Positions 10,943 to 20,267 of a DNA stretch of 64,000 nucleotides are shown here, piece by piece. The position numbers were made by a program, and so were the translations under genes. The notes beneath the pieces are model-generated. The model worked only from the letters and a program-made list of their open reading frames with translations. It searched no databases and was not told the DNA's origin. The stretch's first letter is position 1. The number at the start of each line of letters is the position of its first letter. The stretch covers positions 558,131-622,130 of the forward strand of contig CBDFJG010000001.1 in NCBI GenBank assembly GCA_965248445.1, in the 5' to 3' direction. Source of the DNA: Planctomycetota bacterium. GTDB lineage: Bacteria; Planctomycetota; JAJSAM01; JAJVHW01.

Positions 10943-11160
10943 GACCGGAACCGCTGTCGCGAATTCATCCGAGGGGCGAGTGATTCGCGAATACGTGCCG
11001 GCGGGCGCCGTGGGCACCGGGGACCGCGAAACCGGGATCTCGGGTGCTGCGCCGCTCTCGCGGCCGAGGTCCTCGTGGAGGCGCCGCAGGCCCCGGCCGA
11101 ACACGTCCAGCAGCCGCCGCCGGGACAGGCCCTCGCGGTCGTCGTCGCCTCCCACGCTCG

Positions 11161-12345
11161 TCAGGCCCTTTCGAACAGGACCGCCATGCCCATGCCTCCG
11201 GAGACGCAGAGCGTCGCAATGCCCCTCCGGGCGCCGCGTCTCTTCATCTCGTGAAGCAGCGTGACACAGATTCGCGAGCCCGTCGCGCCGATCGGATGCC
11301 CGAGTGCAATCGCGCCGCCGTTGACGTTCATCCGATCTCCGTCGATGTGCAGATCCCGGTCGCACGCGATCACCTGCGCCGCGAACGCCTCGTTCAGCTC
11401 GATGAGGTCGATGTCGTCGAGCGACAGGCTCTGCCGCTCGAGCAGTTGCCGCACGGCCGGCACCGGGCCGATGCCCATGATGTTGGGGTCGACCCCGGCG
11501 ACGGTCCAGTCGACCACGCGTGCCATCGGCTCCACGCCGAGCGCCTCTGCGCGCTCCGCCGTCAGCACGACCATGGCCGCAGCTCCGTCCGTGATGCCCG
11601 AGGAGTTGCCGGCGTGGACCGTGCCGTCCTTCTTGAAGACGGGCTTCAGCTTCTTCATGCGCTCCGCGGTGCTGTCCGCCCGCGGGTGCTCGTCGGTGTC
11701 GACGATCGTCGGGCCCTTGCGCCCGGGGATCTCGATCGCGAACGACTCGTCCTGCCAGACACCCCGCTCGGTGGCCGCGGCACATCGTGCCTGAGACCGC
11801 TCTGCATAGGCGTCCTGCTCGTCGCGGGAGATGTCGTACTGCTCCGCCAGGTTCTCCGCCGTCTTGCCCATGAGCTGATCGGAGATCGGACACTGGAAGC
11901 CGTCGCGGTACATCCCGTCCACGACCTCGGAGTTGCCGAGGCGGTAGCCGAAGCGCGCGTTCAGCAGGAAGTACGGCGTGTTCGACATCGACTCGGTACC
12001 GCCGACCAGGAGCGTGTCGCGCCGTCCGAGCTGGATCGCATCGTGGGCAAGCGCGACCGCCTTGAGCGACGACGCGCAGGCCTTGTTCACCGTCATGGCG
12101 GGAGAGCTGACGGGAACGCCGGCGCGGACCGAGACCTGCCGCGCCGTGTTGGTGCCGCCGCCGGCCTGCCGGCCGTGGCCGAAGAGCGTCTCCTGGACGT
12201 GCTCCGGCCCAACCCCGGAGCGGCGCAGCGCCTCGGTCGCTGCGGCAACTCCGAGGTCGGCGGGACTGAGCTTGATCAGCCCGCCCCCGAACCTCCCGAT
12301 CGGGGTCCGGACCGCTCCGGCAACGACAACTTCAACTGCGGACAT
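11161..12345 (-). CDS. Acetyl-CoA C-acetyltransferase (thiolase II)
   Basis: ATG at 12345 with GGAGGA SD; MSAVEVVVAGAVRTPIGRFGG, NKACASSLKAV (active-site Cys region), C-terminal GHPIGATGSRI and CVSGGMGMAVL thiolase signatures. Confidence 0.9.
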   Translation of the reverse strand: MSAVEVVVAGAVRTPIGRFGGGLIKLSPADLGVAAATEALRRSGVGPEHVQETLFGHGRQAGGGTNTARQVSVRAGVPVSSPAMTVNKACASSLKAVALAHDAIQLGRRDTLLVGGTESMSNTPYFLLNARFGYRLGNSEVVDGMYRDGFQCPISDQLMGKTAENLAEQYDISRDEQDAYAERSQARCAAATERGVWQDESFAIEIPGRKGPTIVDTDEHPRADSTAERMKKLKPVFKKDGTVHAGNSSGITDGAAAMVVLTAERAEALGVEPMARVVDWTVAGVDPNIMGIGPVPAVRQLLERQSLSLDDIDLIELNEAFAAQVIACDRDLHIDGDRMNVNGGAIALGHPIGATGSRICVTLLHEMKRRGARRGIATLCVSGGMGMAVLFERA

Positions 12346-12546
12346 CGAATTCCTCCGAACTCTTGTCTTGCGAACGCGAGAGCGTACCCGAGGCGGTGTG
12401 ACGGGGGACACGTCGCACGGGGCGTAGCCGCCTCGAAACCGTGGAAAACCAAGGCGTGGGGGCCGGCCGGGCCGGAGGGGCGCTATCCTCAGATGCCGGA
12501 ACAATGGGAACCCGCCAGGGGCTCCTCAACGTCCGACAGTGTGTCC

Positions 12547-12662
12547 GGCTCAACCGCTGACGCGGTTGATGCGGGGCTCGGCGGCGGATGCCGTCGAAGC
12601 ACGGAGGAGCCGCTTGGCGGGCGCGTTGTCTTCTGGCTCACCGGCTGACGCCGGTGATGCGG
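12547..12662. promoter_or_regulatory. Pair of 28-bp motifs, each with a perfect 7-bp palindrome, in a divergent intergenic region
   Basis: GGCTCAaCCGCTGACGCGGTTGATGCGG at 12547-12574 and GGCTCAcCGGCTGACGCCGGTGATGCGG at 12635-12662. Stems CAACCGC/GCGGTTG and CACCGGC/GCCGGTG differ by compensatory changes. Sits between the divergent thiolase and lipoprotein genes. Confidence 0.3.
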
Positions 12663-12900
12663 ATAGCAGCGGACAGATCGAAGAGACAAAACGCGGAGAG
12701 ACGGTTGATGCCCGCCCGAGACGACCACGAACTGAGCCTGGCCGCGCTGCGGCCGGCGTCCCCGATTGGGGACAGAACGGTCGTCTCTCGCCCTCAGCCC
12801 GTTCGGCCCGCGGTTCGCGTCTCTACCCTGCCAATACCAAAACGGCCCATCCCATGGCATGGATGACGCCGCGTCCTTGTTCGTCCGGAGGAGGTCCCCG

Positions 12901-14811
12901 ATGAACCACCGATCTCGCACTGCTGCGCGCCACGCGCGTCCCCTCGCTCTCATCACCGCCTTGGCCGTGCTGGCAGGCTGCTCCGCCGAGCTGACCGACA
13001 CCGGCGCGCTCGAACGGCAGGATGCCGTGCGCACCGTCGTCGCTCAGGATCTGGCCAAGCGGGTCGCTCCGCTGCCGGCTCCCGCGGTTCCGGTCGTCGC
13101 GGCCGGCGCGCTGCCGGTGACGGCGATCGCGGCTTCAGTGGCCGACATCGCACCCCTCGCGGCACCGCAGGAAGACGGCGTCCGCTTCGACGGCGAAGCG
13201 GCCCGCAAGCTCGCTGAGGAGAACGCGCGCTTGCAGGCCGAGCTCCGCCGCACCACGGAAGAGCTCGAGAGCACACGTCAGCGGGAGCGCGACCTGCGCC
13301 TGCCGCCACCGCCCAAGCCCGTGCTCGTCGAGAGCACGGACGGACAGGCGATCGGCGTCGGCGGCGGCCACCCCGTGCCCGACCCGATCCCCGGCACCGT
13401 ACCGCTGGCCGCAGCGCTCGGAGGGACGGTGTACGACCAAGGTCAGCCCGTCGAACGCGAGGTGGTCACCGGAGCCCGTGAGGACTTCGTGATCGTCGAC
13501 GACCGCGAGCCCGAGGTCATTTACGTCGAGGAGCAGGAGCCCGAGGTCATCTACGTCGAGCGCGAGGCGCCCGCCGTCGTGTACGAGCAGGTGGTCTACG
13601 AGACCGAGGTCGTCTACCAGTGGATCCCGTTCGGACACCGCCACTACATCGGCTGCGGACACCACTACTACGGCTGCCACGATCACGCCTGGTACTACAA
13701 CCTCGGCGGTCACTTGGACTTCCATCTGTCCGGGCACGACTGGGATCTGTACTCGCACTTCGGGTACTCGAACTCGTACCACCACGGCCACCACGGCTAC
13801 CGCTACCGCCACCACGGCGGCGGCCACCACTTCGCGTACTACGACCGCCACGACGACCATCACGACGACCACCGCACCGGTCGCCGCAAGGCCTTCAAGC
13901 GCGGCTTCCGCCAGGGCTTCAACGACGGCGTGGCTGCGGGCGGCGGCGTGGGCGGTGTCGGAGGCGGTGGCGCTGTCCCCGTGCGGCGCCGTCTGGGCGA
14001 TACGGGCACCACGGCGACGTCATCCACCGCGACGACACGTCGCGGCCGCGACGGCGGCGGTGCGACTGCCGGGCGGGAGAACCCGCGCGGCCTGAGCCCC
14101 ACCTCCAGCACCCGGAGTTCGACAGGCCGCACTCGGAGCACGACCGGTCAGGCCACCGAGTCGACGTCCCCGCGCCGACGCTTCGGCGTCTCCGGAGAGA
14201 GCACCTCGCCACGCACGACCCGGCGGGGCTCCGCAACGTCAACCGACCGCGGGACCAGCACGAACACGCGCCGTGACCGCGGCGCCGTCGCAACGGAGAA
14301 CCCGGTGACACGCACCCGGCGGGACCGCACGGCCGTGGACACAAACGGGACCACGCGCCGCAGCCAGAACACGCCGACCGTGGTGCGCACGCGCCGCAGT
14401 GGTCAAGCGGGCCAGCCCGGCCTCTCCGGGCGCCGTAACGTGAGCCGTACGACGTCGAACGTGACGCGCACGACCACTCCCACTGTGCGCACACGCACAA
14501 CGGCGCCCACGCGGCGCACGCGCACCGCTCCCACACAGCGGACGCAGCGGACGCCGGAGACCCGCACGCGGACGGCCCCGACCCCTCGGGTCCAGCGCTC
14601 GCCGCCGACCCGAACCCGCCGCGCACCGACGACCCGCCGCGCACCCACGACCCGCTCGGCCCCCACGCGCTCCCCCCAGGTGCGCAGGGCTCCACAGTCA
14701 GCGCCGTCACGCACCCGCCGATCGGCACCGAGGCCCCAGCAAAGAGCGGCACCGAGCACGCGAAACCGGGGCGGTAACGGCGGCGGCGCGAGGCGCCGGC
14801 GCAACCGCTGA
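12901..14811 (+). CDS. Lipoprotein with His/Tyr-rich segment and long Thr/Arg/Pro-rich low-complexity C-terminus
   Basis: ATG at 12901; lipobox LAVLAGCSAE; His-rich block HRHYIGCGHHYYGCHDHAWYY...HHGHHGYRYRHHGGGHHFAYYDRHDDHHDDH; C-terminal repeats RTRTAPT, TRRAPTTR. Whether the C-terminal third is really translated is uncertain in this GC-rich DNA. Confidence 0.55.
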   Translation: MNHRSRTAARHARPLALITALAVLAGCSAELTDTGALERQDAVRTVVAQDLAKRVAPLPAPAVPVVAAGALPVTAIAASVADIAPLAAPQEDGVRFDGEAARKLAEENARLQAELRRTTEELESTRQRERDLRLPPPPKPVLVESTDGQAIGVGGGHPVPDPIPGTVPLAAALGGTVYDQGQPVEREVVTGAREDFVIVDDREPEVIYVEEQEPEVIYVEREAPAVVYEQVVYETEVVYQWIPFGHRHYIGCGHHYYGCHDHAWYYNLGGHLDFHLSGHDWDLYSHFGYSNSYHHGHHGYRYRHHGGGHHFAYYDRHDDHHDDHRTGRRKAFKRGFRQGFNDGVAAGGGVGGVGGGGAVPVRRRLGDTGTTATSSTATTRRGRDGGGATAGRENPRGLSPTSSTRSSTGRTRSTTGQATESTSPRRRFGVSGESTSPRTTRRGSATSTDRGTSTNTRRDRGAVATENPVTRTRRDRTAVDTNGTTRRSQNTPTVVRTRRSGQAGQPGLSGRRNVSRTTSNVTRTTTPTVRTRTTAPTRRTRTAPTQRTQRTPETRTRTAPTPRVQRSPPTRTRRAPTTRRAPTTRSAPTRSPQVRRAPQSAPSRTRRSAPRPQQRAAPSTRNRGGNGGGARRRRNR

Positions 14812-15034
14812 CGCACGATTTATCAGACTGAGAGTGAGCGAGGGTGCCGCCCGGCGGCACCCTCGCGCTCGTTTGCAGAGCACGCTCACAGTCACGATAC
14901 GCGCGGCGGAAGCGCGTCGCGCACCGACCCGTCGGGACGACCTGCAAGACCCCGTTTCTCGCGCTGAGATTCGCCTCAAAACGCGAACTTTCGGGAGCCT
15001 TCACGCAGGCTCGGATTCGTGCCGATGAGAGCGC

Positions 15035-15445
15035 GTGAGAACAGCTCAGGCCACGGCCCTCCCTCCCGTCTACACACCCGCATCCGCAGTGAAGGCGCTG
15101 CCGCTGATCCGCTCGATCGCGCGTGATGCGCATGCGACGTATCTGCGACTGCGCGAACGCCTCGCCGCGTTCAACGACTTCAAGTCGCTCGAGGAACTCT
15201 CGAGCGATCTGAGCCTTCCACACAAGGTCCGCGACGACCTTGCGGAGTTGCGGGACCACGTCGTCGAACTCGGTGACCACCTGGGCGCCCGTTTCGGCGA
15301 GCCCGAGCTGGGGATCGTGTATCTGGACGCGCGTCTCGGCCGCCGCCGGGTGCAGCTCTGCTGGAAGCTCGGCGAGGAGACCATCCGGTACTGGATCCCG
15401 GTGGACGGCGACTACGACGAGCGCCGGCCGCTCCCGGGCGTCTAG
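15035..15445 (+). CDS. Hypothetical protein (136 aa)
   Basis: ATG-initiated ORF at the left edge of the IS island; no recognisable motif. Confidence 0.4.
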   Translation: MRTAQATALPPVYTPASAVKALPLIRSIARDAHATYLRLRERLAAFNDFKSLEELSSDLSLPHKVRDDLAELRDHVVELGDHLGARFGEPELGIVYLDARLGRRRVQLCWKLGEETIRYWIPVDGDYDERRPLPGV

Positions 15446-15449
15446 CCCG

Positions 15450-17114
15450 AATCGTTCACCAGCCGGGAATCTGAGCGGGCCGTCGTCTGTCTAAGTGCTC
15501 GTACTCGCTAGTACTTGCACCGACAGGAGCGCCGGCCCGATGACGACAGACTGTAGCCCGCAGGGGACCCTCTTCGCGGGCATCTGTGGACGCACCGCGG
15601 TGACGCGCTTCGACGCCGGTACCGTGACGAGCGACGGGGGCGTGCTGCTGCTCGAGCGGGTCGATCGTCGCATCGATCTGCTCTCGCGGTTTGCGCGCTG
15701 CTTCGGGGACCACCGGGACCCGCGTCGGGTCGAGCACACGGTCGGCCAGATGCTGCGTCAGCGGGTCTTCGGGCTGTGCGCGGGCTACGAGGATCTGGTG
15801 GACCACGACCATGTCGGCAAGGACCCGCTGTTTGCCGCGGCGTGCGGCAAGCGCGAGGGTGCTCTGGCCACGCACCCGACGCTCTCGCGGCTCGAGACCA
15901 CGCAGCTCGGCGCCACGGCACAGACGCGCTACGCCAAGATCGAGATGGACCAGGAGCGCGTGGACAGCGTGCTCAGCGACGTCTTCTGCGAGGCCATGGG
16001 GCCGGAGGATCCGGGCCTGCTCGTGCTGGACCTGGACCACTCCGACGTGCGGCTGCACGGCCGGCAGGAGGGCCGCTTCTTCCACGGCTACTACGGGCAC
16101 TACTGCTACCTGCCGCTGTACGTCTTCTGCGGCGAGCACCTCTTGCTCGCTCGGCTCCAGACCGCTGACAGAGATCCCGCGCGCGGAGTCGTGGACGAGC
16201 TCCGTGCGCTGGTCTTACGTCTGCGGCGCCGCTGGCCCCGGGCCAAGGTGCTCGTGCGCGCAGACTCGGGCTTTTGCCGCGAGGAGCTGATGGCCTGGTG
16301 CGAGGCCGCCGGCCACTTCTACCTGCTGGGCATGGCGCGCAATGAGCGCCTTGAGCGACACGTCGAAGACGCGCTCGATGAGGCCGCAGCCCGTGCCGTG
16401 CAGACCGGCCGAGCAGCCCGGGTCTTTCGCGACTTTGCCTGGACCACGCTGGGGAGCTGGAGCCAGAGGCGTCGCGTGGTCGCCAAGGCCGAGCACCTGC
16501 CGGGCGGCAAGCGCAATCCCCGCTTCGTGGTGACCAATCTGCCGCCTCGTAGCTGGAGCAGCAAGCGTCTCTACGAGCAGCTCTACTGCGCCCGGGGCGA
16601 GGCGGAGAATCGCATCAAGGAGCAGCAGCTCGAGCTCTTCGGCACCCGTCTGTCGGTGCACACGATGCAGGGCAACGCCGTGCGGATGGCCATGTCGGCC
16701 ATGGCCTACGTCCTGACCTGTGCGCTGCGACGCATCGGTCTCGCCGGCACCGAGATGGCGCGTGCGCAAGCCGGCACGATCCGCCTGCGGCTGCTCAAGA
16801 TCGGCGCGCTCGTGCGGATCACGACGCGCCGGATCTGGGTCTCGATGTCCTCGTCGTGGCCCTGGCAGCACGTCTTCGAGCGCTGCGCGCAACGACTGCT
16901 GGCATCCCCGAAGCCGACCTGACGTCCCGCCGCGCCGTCCGCCACACCACCGCCCGGCCTACGGTCTGCCCACACCGCAGAATCCGCGCCGTTTCGGCCG
17001 CTCACTCGCGTTGCCCTTGTGGCAACGACGACAGCATCCGCCCTCGCCTGGCCAAGATCTGACCCTGTGGACTCCGAAAGCACCGTCATCGCGACGTCTC
17101 GTGAACAGATGCGG
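15450..17114 (+). mobile_element. IS1380-family insertion sequence (boundaries approximate)
   Basis: Contains an intact IS1380-type transposase; terminal inverted repeats could not be identified by eye. Confidence 0.5.
15495..16922 (+). CDS. IS1380 family DDE transposase
   Basis: 475 aa (likely true start at ATG 15540); GYEDLVDHDHV and C-terminal RGEAENRIKE motifs typical of IS1380 transposases. Confidence 0.85.
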   Translation: MLVLASTCTDRSAGPMTTDCSPQGTLFAGICGRTAVTRFDAGTVTSDGGVLLLERVDRRIDLLSRFARCFGDHRDPRRVEHTVGQMLRQRVFGLCAGYEDLVDHDHVGKDPLFAAACGKREGALATHPTLSRLETTQLGATAQTRYAKIEMDQERVDSVLSDVFCEAMGPEDPGLLVLDLDHSDVRLHGRQEGRFFHGYYGHYCYLPLYVFCGEHLLLARLQTADRDPARGVVDELRALVLRLRRRWPRAKVLVRADSGFCREELMAWCEAAGHFYLLGMARNERLERHVEDALDEAAARAVQTGRAARVFRDFAWTTLGSWSQRRRVVAKAEHLPGGKRNPRFVVTNLPPRSWSSKRLYEQLYCARGEAENRIKEQQLELFGTRLSVHTMQGNAVRMAMSAMAYVLTCALRRIGLAGTEMARAQAGTIRLRLLKIGALVRITTRRIWVSMSSSWPWQHVFERCAQRLLASPKPT

Positions 17115-17386
17115 CTAAGTCCGATGAACAACGCCGCCGAGCGCGCGGTCCGCAAAGCGGTGCTCTGGCGCAAGGGCTCCTTCGGAAGCCAGTCCGCTCG
17201 CGGACTCCGCTTCGCCGAGCGCGTGTTGACCGCCGCGGCCACGCTGCGACGCCGTGGCGACCAAGTCTTCGACTTCCTCGCCGACTCGGTCGCCGCGCAC
17301 CTCACCGGCGCCGACCCGCCCGTCATGGTCCCGCTGCCCGTCGCACGCTGAGGCTCACACGCTGTCAAGGGGTGAACGGTTACCTG
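17115..17386 (+). mobile_element. 3'-terminal remnant of an IS66-A element
   Basis: Encodes the last ~75 aa of the IS66-A transposase (NNAAERAVRKAVLWRKGSFGSQSARGLRFAERVL...) followed by the terminal repeat AAGGGGTGAACGGTTAC at 17370-17386. Confidence 0.7.
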
Positions 17387-17759
17387 GACAACGGGCGAGC
17401 GAGGGTGAAGTGGGGCATGGACTATCGCGTGAAATTCGGTCCCTTCGGATGGTTGCTGGGCCAAACCATGATGAAGTTGATGATGGGCAAGATCCTCGAC
17501 GGCAATCTGAAGGGTCTCGCCAACAGAGTTCGGTCGAACCGGCCTGCGGCTTCATAAGCGGCCGGAGCGGCCCGTTTCTCAGCCCTCCGCGGCGTCCGCG
17601 CCGCTGGAGCCATCGCGGGTTCGGTGTCCTTCTCCGCGTGGTGCTTGGCAGCACACGATGACCACGCCGGCCCTTCACCACCGCAAGGCGGGCCACCGCC
17701 CCTCCCGTATGACACAGGAGGTCGCTCACTAAACTCCAAGACGCGGTGTCTCAGAATCG

Positions 17760-17790
17760 TTGACACGTCCCGGCGATCCGCGGGTAGGAT
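17760..17790 (+). promoter_or_regulatory. Candidate sigma70-like promoter upstream of the kinase gene
   Basis: TTGACA at 17760-17765 and TAGGAT at 17785-17790; the 19-bp spacer is longer than optimal. Confidence 0.2.
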
Positions 17791-17957
17791 CGCGGAGATT
17801 CAGGTGAGAGGTCTGGGCCGAGAGGGGTTCATGCACCAACGCCACCCGGCAGCGGGTCGCGTAACTGGGCGACACTCTGGATCTCCTGCTCGGCATGGGC
17901 GGTCTCCTTGGAGAGTCGAATCTGCGGCGTGCGGTCCGCCGAAGCAAGGAAGGGTTC

Positions 17958-20120
17958 ATGCACCAACGCCACCTAAAGAGAGTAGGGCAACGTCTCGGGA
18001 AGTATCAGCTTCGCAAATTAATCGGGGCGGGTAGCACGGGGGCGATTTACAGAGCTTATGACGAGTCGCTTAGCCGAGAGGTCGCGATCAAAATATTGCT
18101 CAACGAGCGTGCGGAGAATAAGCTATACTTGGAACGCTTTCGATCCGAAGCCAAAGCGGCCGGCCAGCTTAGGGACCAGCATGTCGTTGCGGTCTATGAA
18201 CTCGGAGAAGATCGCGACACACATTTCATTGCGATGGAATTGGTCGATGGCGGGAGTGTCGCTGACGAACTCAAAAAGCGGGGCGCATTCCCGGTCACCG
18301 AAGCCACCCACATCACGGCAGATGCCTGCCGCGGCTTGAGTGCCGCTCATCAGCTTCGACTGGTGCATCGCGACATTAAACCGGAAAACCTTCTGAGAAC
18401 GAAGAACCAGCTAGTAAAGATTGCGGACTTTGGCCTGTCAAAGGGCGATTTCCGGAAGCACAACCAACTCACGATGACCGGCGAAATTCTCGGCACACCT
18501 TACTTCATGAGCCCGGAGCAATGCGAAGGTGCACCGGTAGACGAGCGAAGCGACATTTATTCGCTTGGGGCGACATACTACATGCTGCTCACGGGAGCTT
18601 ACCCCTATTCCGAAGCAACGACAATAATGCAAGTCATGCATTTGCATTGTTCGGACAAGGAGCTCGATCCCTGTCTTGTCCACGCGAAACTTCCTGATCA
18701 ATGCTCTGCAATCGTAAAAAGGGCGACTGCAAGGAGTCCGGACGACCGATACCAAACGGTCGATGACATGCTTGTCGATCTCGAGGAGCTTCTAGCCGAT
18801 CAGGACCGGATCTCCCAAAACACAAAGAAACGTGGAGAGACCAAGAGGAAGCGACAAGTTGTGATGGTATCGATCATTGTGGCCGTGGTGGTTGCCGGCG
18901 CCACCTTGCTCATGTTGAATGCGAATAGAACAACAGGAGAGGCAAGGCATGGCGAACGTTCTCCAGCCAGCCGCCGATTTTCCGGTGCGCTGTCACAAGG
19001 AGTCACCGCGGACACCGTTACCTTTGGCACGACGACGGCCTACTCCGGCACCGCCGGTGATCTTGGCCGCAACATAGTATACGGGATCAGAGCTTGTTTC
19101 AAGGCAGTTAATAAACAGGGAGGAATACACGGGCGGAAGCTGGAGCTTGTTGTGCTCGACGACGGATACGAGCCAGTTAGAGCATTGAACAATATACGGA
19201 TACTCTTTGAAGAGAAACAAATATTTGCAACGATCGGCAATGTTGGAACGCCGACGGCAAAGGCGATCCTCCCCTACACTATTGAGAATCGCTACCTGTT
19301 GTTCGCGCCATTCTCCGGTGCCAAGCTACTTCGGCGGGACCCACCGGACCGATACGTTTTTAATTTTCGCGCGAGCTACACCGAGGAGATTGCCGCCATG
19401 ATGCAATACCTCGTCGAATTGCGTAAGATTGATCCGCAAAAAATCGCGGTCTTTGTCCAGGACGATTCGTTTGGAGACAGTGGTTTTGATGCGGTCGTTC
19501 AAGCATTGAGCGAGCATGAAATTGAGGGGAAGGATGTATTGCGGGTTAAGTATCGACGCAACAGTGTCGAGGTGGAAGATGCCGTGAAGGAGATCGTGCG
19601 CGAAATTGAGAACGTCGATGCTATCGTCATGATTTCGACGTATGAGCCAACTGCCAAATTTGTCAGATCGGTCAAAGACAAGAGTAAGAAAGAAATACAT
19701 TTCGCAGCGGTGTCGTTTGTTGGCAGTCGCGGCTTGGCCGAAGAATTTCGCGAGATGGGCGCACGCTCACGCTATGGTGAGGGCGTCATTGTTACCCAGG
19801 TCGTGCCGCACTATGATGCGAAGGCTAAGGGGGTGAATCGCTATCGACAGTTACTGCGGGAACATTGCCCAGAAGCGCGGCCAAGTTTTGCTTCGTTGGA
19901 GGGTTTTATTGCAGCGGAGTGCCTTGTCAAAGGATTGGAAGCCGTGGGGCCGAACCTGACTACGGAACGTCTTGTCGATGCGCTTGAGAACATCAAGGAT
20001 TTGGATCTCGGAGTGGGGCCGCTCCTCAGCTTTGGACGATTTCGGCATCAGGCTTCAATGAAGATCTGGGGGACAATTCTAGACGACGAAGGCAACTACA
20101 AGAGTCTGAAGCTTGAATAA
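17958..20120 (+). CDS. Receptor-type Ser/Thr protein kinase fused to a periplasmic binding-protein (type 1, LivK-like) sensor domain
   Basis: 720 aa; kinase motifs GAGSTGAIYRA, AIK, HRDIKPENLL, DFGLS, SPEQ; transmembrane helix VVMVSIIVAVVVAGATLLML; C-terminal half resembles branched-chain amino-acid binding proteins. GC content is visibly lower than flanking DNA. Confidence 0.85.
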   Translation: MHQRHLKRVGQRLGKYQLRKLIGAGSTGAIYRAYDESLSREVAIKILLNERAENKLYLERFRSEAKAAGQLRDQHVVAVYELGEDRDTHFIAMELVDGGSVADELKKRGAFPVTEATHITADACRGLSAAHQLRLVHRDIKPENLLRTKNQLVKIADFGLSKGDFRKHNQLTMTGEILGTPYFMSPEQCEGAPVDERSDIYSLGATYYMLLTGAYPYSEATTIMQVMHLHCSDKELDPCLVHAKLPDQCSAIVKRATARSPDDRYQTVDDMLVDLEELLADQDRISQNTKKRGETKRKRQVVMVSIIVAVVVAGATLLMLNANRTTGEARHGERSPASRRFSGALSQGVTADTVTFGTTTAYSGTAGDLGRNIVYGIRACFKAVNKQGGIHGRKLELVVLDDGYEPVRALNNIRILFEEKQIFATIGNVGTPTAKAILPYTIENRYLLFAPFSGAKLLRRDPPDRYVFNFRASYTEEIAAMMQYLVELRKIDPQKIAVFVQDDSFGDSGFDAVVQALSEHEIEGKDVLRVKYRRNSVEVEDAVKEIVREIENVDAIVMISTYEPTAKFVRSVKDKSKKEIHFAAVSFVGSRGLAEEFREMGARSRYGEGVIVTQVVPHYDAKAKGVNRYRQLLREHCPEARPSFASLEGFIAAECLVKGLEAVGPNLTTERLVDALENIKDLDLGVGPLLSFGRFRHQASMKIWGTILDDEGNYKSLKLE

Positions 20121-20267
20121 CGCAAAAACCGAACTCATCGAACGCACGAGCTTCCCGACGAAGTCCGCGGGTTCGGCTTCGAGTTGCTCGCGGTCGCCGT
20201 GCGTCTTGTACTCGCGCACACCCCGCATCAGTGCCTGCGCGATGTCGAGTCCGGCCTCACCGAAGCA
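20120..20267 (-). pseudogene. Short remnant of an IS110-family transposase
   Basis: Minus-strand translation GYACFGEAGLDIAQALMRGVREYKTHGDREQLEAEPADFV parallels the IS110 copy at 24057-24842; abuts the IS1595 end. Confidence 0.3.

Noticed and set aside
10610-11893. 427-aa minus-strand ORF
   Set aside because: Overlaps the thiolase gene in a different frame; only its 3' 110 codons (10610..10942) lie outside the thiolase gene and were kept as a low-confidence small CDS.
13135-13872. Val/Ala-rich 245-aa minus-strand ORF
   Set aside because: Antisense of the His-rich segment of the lipoprotein gene (codons for His read as Val/Met on the opposite strand).
14000-14811. Possible CRISPR or minisatellite in the Thr/Arg-rich repetitive region
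   Set aside because: The repeats are short, imperfect, codon-phased and without regular spacers, consistent with low-complexity coding sequence rather than a CRISPR array.
17520-17545. tRNA-like GGTTCGACC element
   Set aside because: Only a short T-loop-like string; no acceptor stem, D-arm or anticodon arm can be folded around it.
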